64,000 bases of DNA from Minisyncoccota bacterium (GTDB lineage Bacteria; Patescibacteriota; Minisyncoccia; Phycocordibacterales; UBA918). Made by a program: the position numbers and the translations under genes. Shown in pieces: positions 7,616 to 17,628 of this stretch. Below the pieces are notes generated by a model. That model searched no databases, was not told where the DNA came from, and worked only from the letters and a program-made list of their open reading frames with translations. The DNA is taken from contig JAJOLD010000001.1 in NCBI GenBank assembly GCA_021129515.1, forward strand, positions 257,217 through 321,216, read 5' to 3'. The stretch's first letter is position 1, and every line of letters begins with the position of its first letter.

Positions 7616-9913
7616 TCATTTAGCAACTGCAACTGCCTCATCAAGCTTAATCGAAAGCAGTGTACTTGCGCCGTCGCCGCTCATGGTGACACCGTAGAGT
7701 ACGCCTGCGCGGCTCATGGTCTCGCGGTTGTGGGTAATGAGAATGAGCTGTGAGCGTTCTGAGAGTGCAGTAATCATATCGCCATATCGGCGGCTATTAG
7801 CTTCGTCGAGTGCAGCATCGGTCTCATCGAGAATGACAAACAGTGGCGGATTCACCTGACTCATTGCAAAGATGAGTGCAATACTGGTGAGCGCACGCTC
7901 CCCTCCTGAAAGCATGTCGAGCCCCTGCACACGTTTGTTCGGCAGCTTTACATCAACCTCAATACCCTCTTCGAGTTCTTCCTCCTCCTCTTCTGGTTCC
8001 GGAACTTCCTCTATGTCTTCGAGGTCTGCATCTTTTTTCTTGCGGACCTTTAGCTTTACACGCTTGAGTGCCGCATTTCCACCACCAAACATGAGCGTAA
8101 AGAATTTTTGGAATTCAGAGTCAATTTTTTCAATACCCACAACAAACTGCTCATTGAGTTGCTTGGTGAGGTCGGCAATAAGCTCCTCAAGCTTTCCAAC
8201 TGACGCTTCAAGATCTGCAATCTCACGTACTAAAAACTCATCCCGTTCCTTTACGTCCTTGTATTCTTTCAGAATATCTTCACCAGTCCCCTGACCCAAC
8301 TCTTCAAGGCGAATTTTCATTTTCTCCAATGCACGACGGCGTTCCACCTGCACCCCACGGGTTTCGGTTACTATCTGTTCTCGGGTCAGCACCTTCCCCT
8401 GCGTGTCGATCACTTCATAGTCAAAGTAGCGCGAGAGTGCTTGTCCCATGAGTGACACAGCTTCTTGCAGTTCTCGTTTAAACTCCATACGGTCGCGCTC
8501 AAGCACTGAAAGTTCGCGGGTGATTTTTTCAAGTACCTGCTCAGTTTCCCGCTGTTCATTCATAATACGAAATACTTCACGCTCGGCTTCCCGACTTTCT
8601 GCGCCTTCAGATTCAATTGCTTGTTTGAGTGCCGTGTATGATTCCTGTAATGTTTGTTCGCCCGCTTCAATCTCTCCAAGGAGTGCGTCTGCCTTTTCTT
8701 TTTCACGCTCGAGTGATGCAAGTTCTTGTTCTTCTCCCTTGGTATCGATGGTGAGTCCCATGGTGCGGGCATTCTTCAGCAGCACCTTAAGCGGCGCGAG
8801 CACATCACCTAATGCACGCTGCAACACCGACACATCTTCGCTTGGTGACGCCTTTTCTACGGTCTTCTCAATACTCGTTGCGACTTTTTCAAACTCACTA
8901 AACGGAATTGCCGACTCAGTGACCTTCTCAGAACGCTTCTGTTGTTCTGCAATACGACGCTTGAGGTACGCAATTTGTCCTTCAAGCTGACCGATGGTAC
9001 GCGTGGTCTCCTGACGATGATTGCGATGGTCGGTAATTTTTTGCTCGAGCGCAACGAGTTCTTTGGACTTCTCGTCCTGCTTCTTGTCTTTTTCAAGTTT
9101 TTCTTTTGCATCATTGAGTGCCTTTGCAAGCTCCTCGAGGGTTGCTTCGGGTGCAATCTTTTCCTGCTGCAACCTATCATGATGATGTGCAATGTATGTA
9201 TCCTCACGTTTGAGATACTCGGCGTATACCGCTTTGAGTTCCTCTCGCAGTGCGAGCGATTTCTCAAGCTTTTTTACCTGCCGCTCAAGAAATTTCAGGT
9301 GCGGTGCCACCTCGCGACGGAGCGATTCCACCTTTGCGATATTTTCAAGTGTTTTTTTGAGCTTCTTCTCACTTTCAACTTTTTTGTATTGAAATACTTT
9401 GAGTCCCAAGGCATCTTCTACCATCTCGCGACGTTCCTTTGCTGATGCTGTGAGAATCCGGTCCGCTTCCCCTTGGGAAATAATGTGGTGCCCGGTCGAG
9501 CCAATATTTGCTGCTGCCAAGAGCTCTTGCACGTCTTTCAAGCGTGTTTTGCTCCCATTGATGGAGTATTCATTGACACCATCTCGAAGCACAACACGCT
9601 CAATGGCAATTTCATCAAATTCTACTGGGAACGGGCGCGTACCACCACGCTCTTCGTTATCAAGTGCAATACGCACTGATGCACGGTTTGAGCGTGAGAC
9701 ACTTTCTGAACCATTGAAAATGAGGTCCTCACCACGCTTCCCACGCATCGACTTTACCGACTGCTCACCGAGCACAAACCGAAACGCTTCAGCAACATTC
9801 GACTTCCCCGACCCATTGGGGCCAACAATTGCGGTAATGGGGGTCGAGAAATCGAGTTCGCCTTTCCGAGCGAATGACTTAAATCCATTGATGTGCAGAC
9901 TCTTTAAATGCAT
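7616..9913 (-). CDS. smc: SMC-family ATPase, shortened (765 aa)
   Basis: GFKSFA, Walker A GPNGSGKSN, IISQGEAD, LSGGERAL, ILDETDAALDEAN, ITHN; near rnc as in rnc-smc operons. Confidence 0.9.
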   Translation of the reverse strand: MHLKSLHINGFKSFARKGELDFSTPITAIVGPNGSGKSNVAEAFRFVLGEQSVKSMRGKRGEDLIFNGSESVSRSNRASVRIALDNEERGGTRPFPVEFDEIAIERVVLRDGVNEYSINGSKTRLKDVQELLAAANIGSTGHHIISQGEADRILTASAKERREMVEDALGLKVFQYKKVESEKKLKKTLENIAKVESLRREVAPHLKFLERQVKKLEKSLALREELKAVYAEYLKREDTYIAHHHDRLQQEKIAPEATLEELAKALNDAKEKLEKDKKQDEKSKELVALEQKITDHRNHRQETTRTIGQLEGQIAYLKRRIAEQQKRSEKVTESAIPFSEFEKVATSIEKTVEKASPSEDVSVLQRALGDVLAPLKVLLKNARTMGLTIDTKGEEQELASLEREKEKADALLGEIEAGEQTLQESYTALKQAIESEGAESREAEREVFRIMNEQRETEQVLEKITRELSVLERDRMEFKRELQEAVSLMGQALSRYFDYEVIDTQGKVLTREQIVTETRGVQVERRRALEKMKIRLEELGQGTGEDILKEYKDVKERDEFLVREIADLEASVGKLEELIADLTKQLNEQFVVGIEKIDSEFQKFFTLMFGGGNAALKRVKLKVRKKKDADLEDIEEVPEPEEEEEELEEGIEVDVKLPNKRVQGLDMLSGGERALTSIALIFAMSQVNPPLFVILDETDAALDEANSRRYGDMITALSERSQLILITHNRETMSRAGVLYGVTMSGDGASTLLSIKLDEAVAVAK

Positions 9914-9918
9914 TGTGT

Positions 9919-10428
9919 CTATCCCGATGATTTCCCAAGTATAACGATATATGCATTCGTATCCTCCGTACCACCTGCACCACCCCAGCTACTGCAGATT
10001 AATTCTGTATTATTACCCAGCGCATCATTTTCCATATGCGCAACTAAGATTGCTTGGGTGTCATGCCCGCCACATACTTGTGAACCATCATAATAGTAGA
10101 TGTAATCTGTAGTGGTAGTTATTGGGTCACGAGGCACTTCCGTGATAAATGAGGAAAGTAATGTGGTTATATCGTTGTTGTTTTCACCAACATAACCACT
10201 ATATCCGTCACTCTCTCGTGGATAATGTCCATGAATATCAAAATATACTTCCAATGCGAGTTGGATTTGTGCCAAATCAGCAATGCGTTTCTTATCGCGA
10301 GCGTTTTGTCGTGCATCACCAAAGGATGGCAGCACAATCGCCAACAATACAATAACAATTGCCAACACCACAAGCATTTCTACGAGCGTAAAGCCCTGTG
10401 CACGCGTGTTATATCTCATACGGTACAT
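9919..10428 (-). CDS. Type IV pilin / GspG-like prepilin
   Basis: G|FTLVEMLVVLAI class III signal; ARDKKRIADLAQIQLALEVY; PRDP. Confidence 0.9.
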   Translation of the reverse strand: MYRMRYNTRAQGFTLVEMLVVLAIVIVLLAIVLPSFGDARQNARDKKRIADLAQIQLALEVYFDIHGHYPRESDGYSGYVGENNNDITTLLSSFITEVPRDPITTTTDYIYYYDGSQVCGGHDTQAILVAHMENDALGNNTELICSSWGGAGGTEDTNAYIVILGKSSG

Positions 10429-10449
10429 GATACCAAGCCTGCTACCGCA

Positions 10450-10467
10450 GAACCAGTCTCAAAACCC
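10450..10467 (+). mobile_element. Solo end of the GAACCAGT MITE family
   Basis: GAACCAGTCTCAAA identical to the terminal repeat at 24160. Confidence 0.55.
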
Positions 10468-10475
10468 ACACGCTC

Positions 10476-11186
10476 TTACCATCCTTTTTTCTCAATCGCT
10501 GCGGCTGCAGCATTTTGCTCTGCTTCTTGTTTTGCGCGCCCTTGCCCTTCTGCAATTTGTTCCTCTCCAAGAAAGACACCAACGGTAAAAACTCGGTCAT
10601 GGTCAGGACCTTCTTGATTTAATACTGCGTAGCTCGGGGTAATATTGACATGCTCCTGTGCAACTTCCTGGAAGCGACTTTTTGCGTCTTGCCACAGACG
10701 TTTTTCAACGATGTTTTCAGTTTGTGCAAACAGGTACTCAGCAATAAATGCTTTTGCAGCTGCATACCCTTGATCGAGATACAACGCACCAACAAGTGCC
10801 TCAAACGCATTTGCAAGAATATACTGTCGGGCACGCCCAGTATCTTTTGCCTCGCCTTTAGAAAGGAGCAAATACTCATTAACACCCATTTTTCCTGATG
10901 CTTCAGCAAGTGACACCGTATTCACCAGTGCAGCACGAATTGCAGTCAGCTCGCCTTCAGGCTTATCTGCATATTTTTCAAAAAGAAAATCAGTGACCAC
11001 AAGCTCGAGGACGGCGTCCCCTAAAAACTCATAGCGTTCGTTATGATCCTGAGTTGCTTCTCGATGTTCGTTTAAATATGAGCGATGCGTCAATGCTACC
11101 AAGAGGTGTTTTTTTTCGGTAAAGGTCACACTAATAACATCCTCAAAACGAGCAAGATGCGCATCAATATCTACAGTTTCAGTCAT
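10476..11186 (-). CDS. rnc: Ribonuclease III
   Basis: ALTHRSY, HNERYEFLGDAVL, ANAFEALVGALYLDQG, dsRBD GPDHDRVF. Confidence 0.97.
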   Translation of the reverse strand: MTETVDIDAHLARFEDVISVTFTEKKHLLVALTHRSYLNEHREATQDHNERYEFLGDAVLELVVTDFLFEKYADKPEGELTAIRAALVNTVSLAEASGKMGVNEYLLLSKGEAKDTGRARQYILANAFEALVGALYLDQGYAAAKAFIAEYLFAQTENIVEKRLWQDAKSRFQEVAQEHVNITPSYAVLNQEGPDHDRVFTVGVFLGEEQIAEGQGRAKQEAEQNAAAAAIEKKGW

Positions 11187-11337
11187 AATTGTAATCTATA
11201 TCAATAATTACAGCACCCTATCACGAATGTATGTGTGATACTAGGGGATGGGTTAGTATGTAGTCCTCAGTACATAGTACTCTCACAATTTCGTCTACGA
11301 CGAAACAGCTACGTACTAGGTAACTCACCACTAACCA

Positions 11338-12240
11338 CTATTTCGATCCTCTTCCTACCAACATCGTCACTGCCTTCGTCACAATTGGGAGGATATCCTC
11401 GTAAAAGTTGAGTTCGAGAATATCAGCAACTTTAAACCATTGTGCATCATCAAGCCCTCCCTTCTTCTCAAGCTCCAAATCTTTAAATGCAGCTCGCGCA
11501 AGGACATAGTGTACTTGTTTTCGAACTTTACCTTTTTCGGGTTGTGAGGCAACGTATTCATTCATACCCAGCTCATCCTCAACTTCAATATCGAGTCCAA
11601 TTTCTTCTTTGATTTTTCGTTTTGCGCCCTCGTGGAGGTCTTCATTTTCATCAATACCACCTTTTGAGAGGGTCCAATGTCCAAATATATCGTGCACCAA
11701 AGCAAGATACATTTCACCATCTTCTTCCGCATAGATAACACCACCAGCAAGACGCTCAATAGGCATATCCTCAAACTTCACCACTTTCTTTTTATGCTTT
11801 GAACTTTCCTCCTTGCCTGGCTCACCAATTTCCTTGTATACCGCCCCCAATACGCCGTTTACAAAACGGCTGGAGTTATCGCCCCCAAACTGCTTTGCAA
11901 GCTCAATTGCCTCGTTGATGGCAACTTTTGCAGGCACTTCTGAACGGTCAGCAAACAGCAACTCATAGAGCCCTAAGCGTAAAATGTTTCTATCAACTGG
12001 AGAAATTCGATCAATAGGCCACTCAGGTGCAGCCTTTTCAATCACTAAATCAAGCTCACTTTGTTTTCCAAGTACCCCATCGAGCAATTTCTCCATAAAG
12101 GGCATATCTGTTTTGTTGGGCGCAAATTCCTCAACATTTCGTTTTAAAACTTCGACGACTTCATTCTTCTCTACACCATTTAAATCCCACTCGAAGAGTG
12201 ATTGAAGAACAATTGAACGCGATAGGTGCCTGTTTGCCAT
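11338..12240 (-). CDS. nusB: NusB fused to C-terminal Nudix-like domain
   Basis: RHLSRSIVLQSLFEWD, DRNILRLGLYEL, VAINEAIELAKQFG, FVNGVLG; then KGGIDENEDLHEGAKRKIKEEIGL. Confidence 0.93.
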   Translation of the reverse strand: MANRHLSRSIVLQSLFEWDLNGVEKNEVVEVLKRNVEEFAPNKTDMPFMEKLLDGVLGKQSELDLVIEKAAPEWPIDRISPVDRNILRLGLYELLFADRSEVPAKVAINEAIELAKQFGGDNSSRFVNGVLGAVYKEIGEPGKEESSKHKKKVVKFEDMPIERLAGGVIYAEEDGEMYLALVHDIFGHWTLSKGGIDENEDLHEGAKRKIKEEIGLDIEVEDELGMNEYVASQPEKGKVRKQVHYVLARAAFKDLELEKKGGLDDAQWFKVADILELNFYEDILPIVTKAVTMLVGRGSK

Positions 12241-12329
12241 ATTCGTATGAAAAATAATGAACACTACTGTATTAATGAACTACCTACTATAGTAGCAGAT
12301 TCACAGCATGCCGTGTATCACCTAATCCC

Positions 12330-12357
12330 CAAACGTCCCGCAAAAGCGGGACGTTTG
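12330..12357. terminator. Terminator after rpmF
   Basis: CAAACGTCCCGC-AAAA-GCGGGACGTTTG. Confidence 0.65.
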
Positions 12358-12380
12358 AAAATGAGTGTCGGTGTATACCA

Positions 12381-12707
12381 TTATGCCTCTTTCTTCTCAT
12401 CAGCAGTTGCTACTGCCTCGGTTGTAGTTTCTGTGCCTTGTGTCGCTGCATCTGCTTCAGCTTGCTCAGTACCAGCCTCAGCACTGATTCGCTCTCGCTT
12501 TGCCTGCATGCGTGCTTCACGCTTTGCCTTCTGTGCCTCAATATCAAGTACCTGACGTCCTTTATAGAAGCCACATTCAAGACACATGTGGTGCGGGCGA
12601 GTAAGCGCATCACAATCCTGACACTTTGAAAGTGCCGGCTGCTTCAGTGCATGATGTGAGCGGCGGTTCTTTGTGTGAGACCGCGTATGTCGCATTCGAA
12701 TTACCAT
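12381..12707 (-). CDS. rpmF: 50S ribosomal protein L32 (zinc-ribbon type) with C-terminal extension
   Basis: RHTRSHTKNRRSHHAL, CQDC...PHHMCLECGFYKGR. Confidence 0.95.
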   Translation of the reverse strand: MVIRMRHTRSHTKNRRSHHALKQPALSKCQDCDALTRPHHMCLECGFYKGRQVLDIEAQKAKREARMQAKRERISAEAGTEQAEADAATQGTETTTEAVATADEKKEA

Positions 12708-12801
12708 AGTGGCAGAACTATATCAGATTTGCATAAAAAAGCAATGGTTTTGTATCTAAAAACCTGAGCACGAAACGTGCCCAGGTGGTTGTGCATCCAT
12801 C

Positions 12802-13425
12802 CTAAGATACTCTTCTATATATTGCTGCATCTACAGCTGAGAGGCACTGCCGTATGTCAAAGTAGTACCAGCCCGCACAGTATAAGCCAAATACATTGAC
12901 CGTATGACCATTTGCCGTTTCAAACTTACCAGACTGTTCAGGAAACACCACTGATTTTTTTTGGGGGTCAGCGGTCATACTCTGAACTACAGCCTCCAAC
13001 CCCGCATTCGCGTCTGACTGTGTATCAGCCATATGCCGTGTGTACACTGCTTGGAGTGTTCCTCCAAGCAATATATTCCGTTCTTGACAAACTTCAGCAA
13101 ACGCCTCAGACAATTGGCAGGTAGGCATGGGTGCTTCAAGTGATGCATATATTACACCACTCGATTCTTGAGTCTCAGTGTATACACGACGCAGGTGTAC
13201 ATAACAGCACCACCACTGATCCAACGGTACAGGCACCTTAAGCGACACCGGTCCCCCCGCGCACATAAGCTTATCCCGAGCAGCTTCTACCATCGTGTTC
13301 ACCACAGGAGTACCACATTTTGGATGCGCGATAATATCCCATGTTATGCATCCTTGAGCATGCTCCTGCACAACGCGCATATTTAAGGACTCTAGAAATT
13401 GTACAACTGGTGTATCGGTCTGCAT
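12802..13425 (-). CDS. Hypothetical protein (ORFan)
   Basis: 207 aa ORF with AGGAGG upstream and hairpin downstream. Confidence 0.7.
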   Translation of the reverse strand: MQTDTPVVQFLESLNMRVVQEHAQGCITWDIIAHPKCGTPVVNTMVEAARDKLMCAGGPVSLKVPVPLDQWWCCYVHLRRVYTETQESSGVIYASLEAPMPTCQLSEAFAEVCQERNILLGGTLQAVYTRHMADTQSDANAGLEAVVQSMTADPQKKSVVFPEQSGKFETANGHTVNVFGLYCAGWYYFDIRQCLSAVDAAIYRRVS

Positions 13426-13444
13426 GGGTCTAAAACCCTCCTAG

Positions 13445-14086
13445 TTACGATATTGAGACAAATTCTGCAGGCACGGTACCATATGTATATTTGGTAGTAA
13501 AGCACTTTCGATGGAGTACGCAGCGACCATATTGTTGTAACGCTGCTTGATGTCTTTTGGTGCCATACCCTTTATGTATCTCAAATCCATACTGCGGATA
13601 CTGCGTTGCCACTCGTACCATATAGCGGTCACGGGTTACCTTTGCCATAATCGACGCAAGCCCTATCACTCGTTCCTTGCTATCGCCTTTGATAATGGTT
13701 TTTTGATGTATATATTCCTTAGGAGCGTAGAGCGAGCCATCAAGCTTTACCTGCACCGCCTGAGGAGACACTCCCAATCGCTGCAGTGCACGCTGCAGTG
13801 CGAGTCGCACCGCAGGCACAATACCAATGTCGTCTATCACCTTCGCTGAAACCATCGACACTGCATACTCTAGTTTCCCCTCTTTTTTAAGCCCTCGAGC
13901 ACACTCAAAAATTGCTTCTCGTTTCTTTCCCGTGAGTTTTTTTGAGTCAGTCACCCCCGGCAGTTGTCTCCAATTGAAGCCCTTGGGCACACAGGCAACA
14001 CCGACGGCAACTGGACCAGCGAGGGGACCGCGACCGGCCTCGTCAATACCGATTATATGGGTAATTTTTTTCACGTTTATCATCAT
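13445..14086 (-). CDS. rnhB: Ribonuclease HII
   Basis: GIDEAGRGPLAGPV, DSKKL, IIKGD, ASIMAKVTRD, HKGYGT; exact start uncertain. Confidence 0.96.
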   Translation of the reverse strand: MMINVKKITHIIGIDEAGRGPLAGPVAVGVACVPKGFNWRQLPGVTDSKKLTGKKREAIFECARGLKKEGKLEYAVSMVSAKVIDDIGIVPAVRLALQRALQRLGVSPQAVQVKLDGSLYAPKEYIHQKTIIKGDSKERVIGLASIMAKVTRDRYMVRVATQYPQYGFEIHKGYGTKRHQAALQQYGRCVLHRKCFTTKYTYGTVPAEFVSIS

Positions 14087-14160
14087 ACAACATGTCATCA
14101 TGTTACCTCTGTGGTCTAATGGTTATGTAGAAATAATCGTCGTGTATAATATCTCCACCT

Positions 14161-17100
14161 ATGGCAGATACGAAACTCAATGCAGACTTCATTCACCTCC
14201 ACACCCACGGACACTACTCTCTTTTAAACGCGCTTCCAACCTCCTCTGAGCTTGTCGATGCTGCGAATGCAGATACTATGCCCGCACTCGCACTGACCGA
14301 TGCTGGGGCTCTCTATGGTGCCGTTGATTTCTACAAAGCATGCACCAAGGGCGGTATCAAAGCTATTATTGGTGTTGATGCATACCTTGCACCACGTACT
14401 CGACACGATAAGGATGGACGCCTCGACAAACCACGTGGACGCGTCGTATTCCTCGCCAAAAATAATGACGGATATGTAAACCTCATCAAGATGGTCACGG
14501 AGTCATGGGTGAACGGCTTCTACTACAAACCTCGTATTGACCATGAGCTCATCGAGCAATACCACCAGGACCTCATTTGTATTATTCCTTCCTTCAGCGG
14601 CGAAAGCACCCTTGCGCTCAAAGACGGCGACACCGAAAAAGCAGGCGAAGTACTCGATTGGTACAAGAGTATCTTTAAAGACGACTGCCACCTTGAAGTG
14701 ACGCACCACCCAGAAATTGGAGACCATGAGGAACTCCAGGAAAAAATTATTGCACTCGGAAAAGCGTCAAACACACCACTGGTTGCCGCACACGACGTGT
14801 ACTACCTCAAACCCGAAGATGCACTCGCTCGAGACGTCGTCATGAAAATCCAAAACGGCGGTGTGGTTGATACCCTCGGCGGCGCAGGCGAAGAGGACTT
14901 CTCATTCATTACGCAAGCAAAAGCAAAAGAACTCTTTGCAAACACGCCTGAAGCACTCGCAAATACCGTCAAAATCGCCGAGCAGTGTAATGTCACCATG
15001 ACGCCGGGAGAAGTATGGCACTTCCCCAACTACATCATTGAGAGCGGTCGTGAACCAGACGATGAGCTGCGTATCACCTCGTACGAAGGCATGGCGTGGC
15101 GTGGACTTGATCCAGAAGACCCAGAGGTGAAAGCACGACTCGACTATGAGCTTGATGTCATTAAGACCAAGGGATACGCAAAATATTTCCTCGTGGTGGG
15201 AGACCTCATTCGTGAAGCGCGTGAGCGCGGTATTTTGACGACTATTCGAGGTTCGGTCGCGGGATCACTCACCACCTACGTACTTGGTATTACCAATGTA
15301 GACCCGCTCGACTACAAACTTCCCTTTGAGCGCTTTCTCAACCCAGAACGACCATCAGCTCCTGATATCGATATGGACTTCGCCGATAATCGCCGCGACG
15401 AGATTATTGCGTATGCACGAGAGAAGTATGGCGACGATAAAGTAGCACAGATTGGTACCTTTGGAACCATGATGGCACGCGCTGCGGTGCGTGATACTGC
15501 GCGCGCCTTAGGGCACCCGTATGCAACCGGAGACCGCATTGCAAAACTCATTCCTATGGGGAGCCAAGGATTTGCAATGACCATCGACCGCGCACTCGAT
15601 ATGGAGCCAGAACTTGCAGAACTCTATAAAAAAGATGCAGAAACGCGTGAAGTTATTGATCTTGCAAAGCAAATAGAGGGACGTGCGCGTCACCTTGGGG
15701 TACACGCAGCCGGTGTGGTGATTGCACCCGAACCCCTCGGCGAGTTTACTCCCGTACAGATTGATACCAAATCAGGCAAGATCATTACCCAATACGAAAT
15801 GCATAGTGTAGGTGAAGATGGTGTGGGACTTTTGAAATTCGACTTCCTCGGCATCAAAAACCTTGCCATCCTTGCAGACGCCGTGAAGCGGGTAAAGAAA
15901 ATCCGTGACATTGATATCGATATTGAAAACATTCCACTTGATGACCAAAAGACCTTCGACATGCTCGCACGCGGTGAAACCATGGGGCTCTTCCAGCTCA
16001 ATGGGTCCGGCATGACTGCCTTCCTGAAACAACTCCGCCCAACCACCATTCACGACATCAACGCGATGGTTGCACTCTATCGCCCAGGACCGATGGAATC
16101 TATTCCACAGTATATTGAGCGTAAACATAATCCCACACTCGTGACCTACCTCGACCCGCGACTTGAGGAGGTTCTCGACCGTTCCTATGGGGTGATTACC
16201 TACCAAGACGATGTTATGATGATTTCTATCAAGCTCGCAGGCTACTCATGGCTCGATGCCGACAAACTCCGTAAAGCGATGGGTAAGAAGGTGCCTGAGA
16301 TTATGGAAGCGGAAAAGGAGAAGCTCATGGTTGGTTTTGCTGACCATGGCAAAATCTCCCCGACCATCGCTAACAAGCTCTGGGCGCTCATTGAGCCATT
16401 TGCTGCATACGGGTTCAACAAGGCGCATGCGGCGAGTTATGGGCGTGTTGCGTACCAAACCTCATATATGAAGGCAAACTTCCCTGAGGAGTATATGTCT
16501 GCCGTCCTCACTGCTGACTCTGGTGACACGGAAAAAATTTCTGAAATCATCCATGAGTGTGAACGTATGGGTATCGAGGTACTGCCACCAGACATTAACG
16601 AAAGTTTCGGACCGTTCTCTGTCGTACCCGCTAGTAAAACAGTAATTCAAGCCAGCGCTACAGAACCTGATGTAGGTAATCCTGGCACTGATTCACAGGT
16701 TGAGGCTACTAGTTCGACTACTGATTCTCCTGAAAAATCCCAGATGCGAGGCTCTGACGAGAATCGTAGTGAGCCATATCAAGTATATGGTGAAGGAGAC
16801 TCGGAGTCAGGAACGAAGCAGGTGGGAGAATTTCAGGAGAATCAGGCAAGGATTCGATTTGGTTTGACTACCATTAAAAATTTTGGAGAAGGTATCACCG
16901 AAGCCATCATCGACGAACGCAAAGCGAACGGACCATTTACCTCCCTCACCGACTTCCTCACTCGCGTTATCGATAAAAATCTCAACAAAAAATCCCTCGA
17001 GGCACTCATTATGGCAGGTGCACTCGATAGTATTGGTGATGAGCGTGGCAAAATGCTCCACAACCTCGACACCATGCTTGCCTTTAATAAAGAAAAAAGC

Positions 17101-17589
17101 ACCGCAGCCGAATCGTCGCAAGATTCGCTCTTTGGCATGATGAATGACGCAACCTTGCACGAAGTGACCCTTGAAGACGCAGCACCCGCAAGCAAACGCG
17201 ATATGCTCATTTGGGAAAAAGAGCTACTTGGTGTGTACGTATCAGGGCACCCGCTCGACGAGTATCCCGACGAACTCAAAAAGCGTCCCAGCATTGCACA
17301 AACCTTAGAGAGCTACAAAGGCGCCTCGGTCGTGACCGCCGGCATGATTGAGTCGGTACGCGAGCTGCTTACCAAGAAAGGTGACCATATGGCATTTGTT
17401 GTACTCGGTGACCAAACACACACCATTGAAATGGTCACTTTCCCTGAGACCTACAAAACCCACAAGGAACTCCTCGAACCAGGCACCTGTGTTGCCGTCA
17501 AAGGCAAATTCACCGTCCGTAATGATGAGCCCGGTATTATGGTAGATAAAATCAAAAAGCTTGTGCCGAGTTCTATTGAAACTAAGTAG
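14161..17589 (+). CDS. dnaE: DNA polymerase III alpha subunit with in-frame insertion
   Basis: HLHTHGHYSLL PHP domain, RGSVAGS, PDIDMDF, KFDFLG, YRPGPM, YGFNKAHA, YVSGHPL. Confidence 0.97.
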   Translation: MADTKLNADFIHLHTHGHYSLLNALPTSSELVDAANADTMPALALTDAGALYGAVDFYKACTKGGIKAIIGVDAYLAPRTRHDKDGRLDKPRGRVVFLAKNNDGYVNLIKMVTESWVNGFYYKPRIDHELIEQYHQDLICIIPSFSGESTLALKDGDTEKAGEVLDWYKSIFKDDCHLEVTHHPEIGDHEELQEKIIALGKASNTPLVAAHDVYYLKPEDALARDVVMKIQNGGVVDTLGGAGEEDFSFITQAKAKELFANTPEALANTVKIAEQCNVTMTPGEVWHFPNYIIESGREPDDELRITSYEGMAWRGLDPEDPEVKARLDYELDVIKTKGYAKYFLVVGDLIREARERGILTTIRGSVAGSLTTYVLGITNVDPLDYKLPFERFLNPERPSAPDIDMDFADNRRDEIIAYAREKYGDDKVAQIGTFGTMMARAAVRDTARALGHPYATGDRIAKLIPMGSQGFAMTIDRALDMEPELAELYKKDAETREVIDLAKQIEGRARHLGVHAAGVVIAPEPLGEFTPVQIDTKSGKIITQYEMHSVGEDGVGLLKFDFLGIKNLAILADAVKRVKKIRDIDIDIENIPLDDQKTFDMLARGETMGLFQLNGSGMTAFLKQLRPTTIHDINAMVALYRPGPMESIPQYIERKHNPTLVTYLDPRLEEVLDRSYGVITYQDDVMMISIKLAGYSWLDADKLRKAMGKKVPEIMEAEKEKLMVGFADHGKISPTIANKLWALIEPFAAYGFNKAHAASYGRVAYQTSYMKANFPEEYMSAVLTADSGDTEKISEIIHECERMGIEVLPPDINESFGPFSVVPASKTVIQASATEPDVGNPGTDSQVEATSSTTDSPEKSQMRGSDENRSEPYQVYGEGDSESGTKQVGEFQENQARIRFGLTTIKNFGEGITEAIIDERKANGPFTSLTDFLTRVIDKNLNKKSLEALIMAGALDSIGDERGKMLHNLDTMLAFNKEKSTAAESSQDSLFGMMNDATLHEVTLEDAAPASKRDMLIWEKELLGVYVSGHPLDEYPDELKKRPSIAQTLESYKGASVVTAGMIESVRELLTKKGDHMAFVVLGDQTHTIEMVTFPETYKTHKELLEPGTCVAVKGKFTVRNDEPGIMVDKIKKLVPSSIETK
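16721..16845. repeat. 125 bp palindromic element inside dnaE
   Basis: Perfect 15 bp ends CTGATTCTCCTGAAA / TTTCAGGAGAATCAG; central CCATAT/ATATGG. Confidence 0.8.
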
Positions 17590-17591
17590 AA

Positions 17592-17621
17592 TTGACAACG
17601 CTATAATAAAAACGGTAGGAT
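17592..17621 (+). promoter_or_regulatory. Promoter of thrS leader
   Basis: TTGACA-18 nt-TAGGAT. Confidence 0.55.
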
Positions 17622-17628
17622 AAGAGTC

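Noticed and set aside
7616..7618. UGA recoding (genetic code 25) as in some CPR lineages
   Set aside because: smc ends at TGA at the expected position and conserved genes are intact under code 11
16630..16850. Intein or self-splicing intron in dnaE
   Set aside because: Too short, no Cys/Ser start with His-Asn end, and no group I/II core motifs; explained by a palindromic insertion
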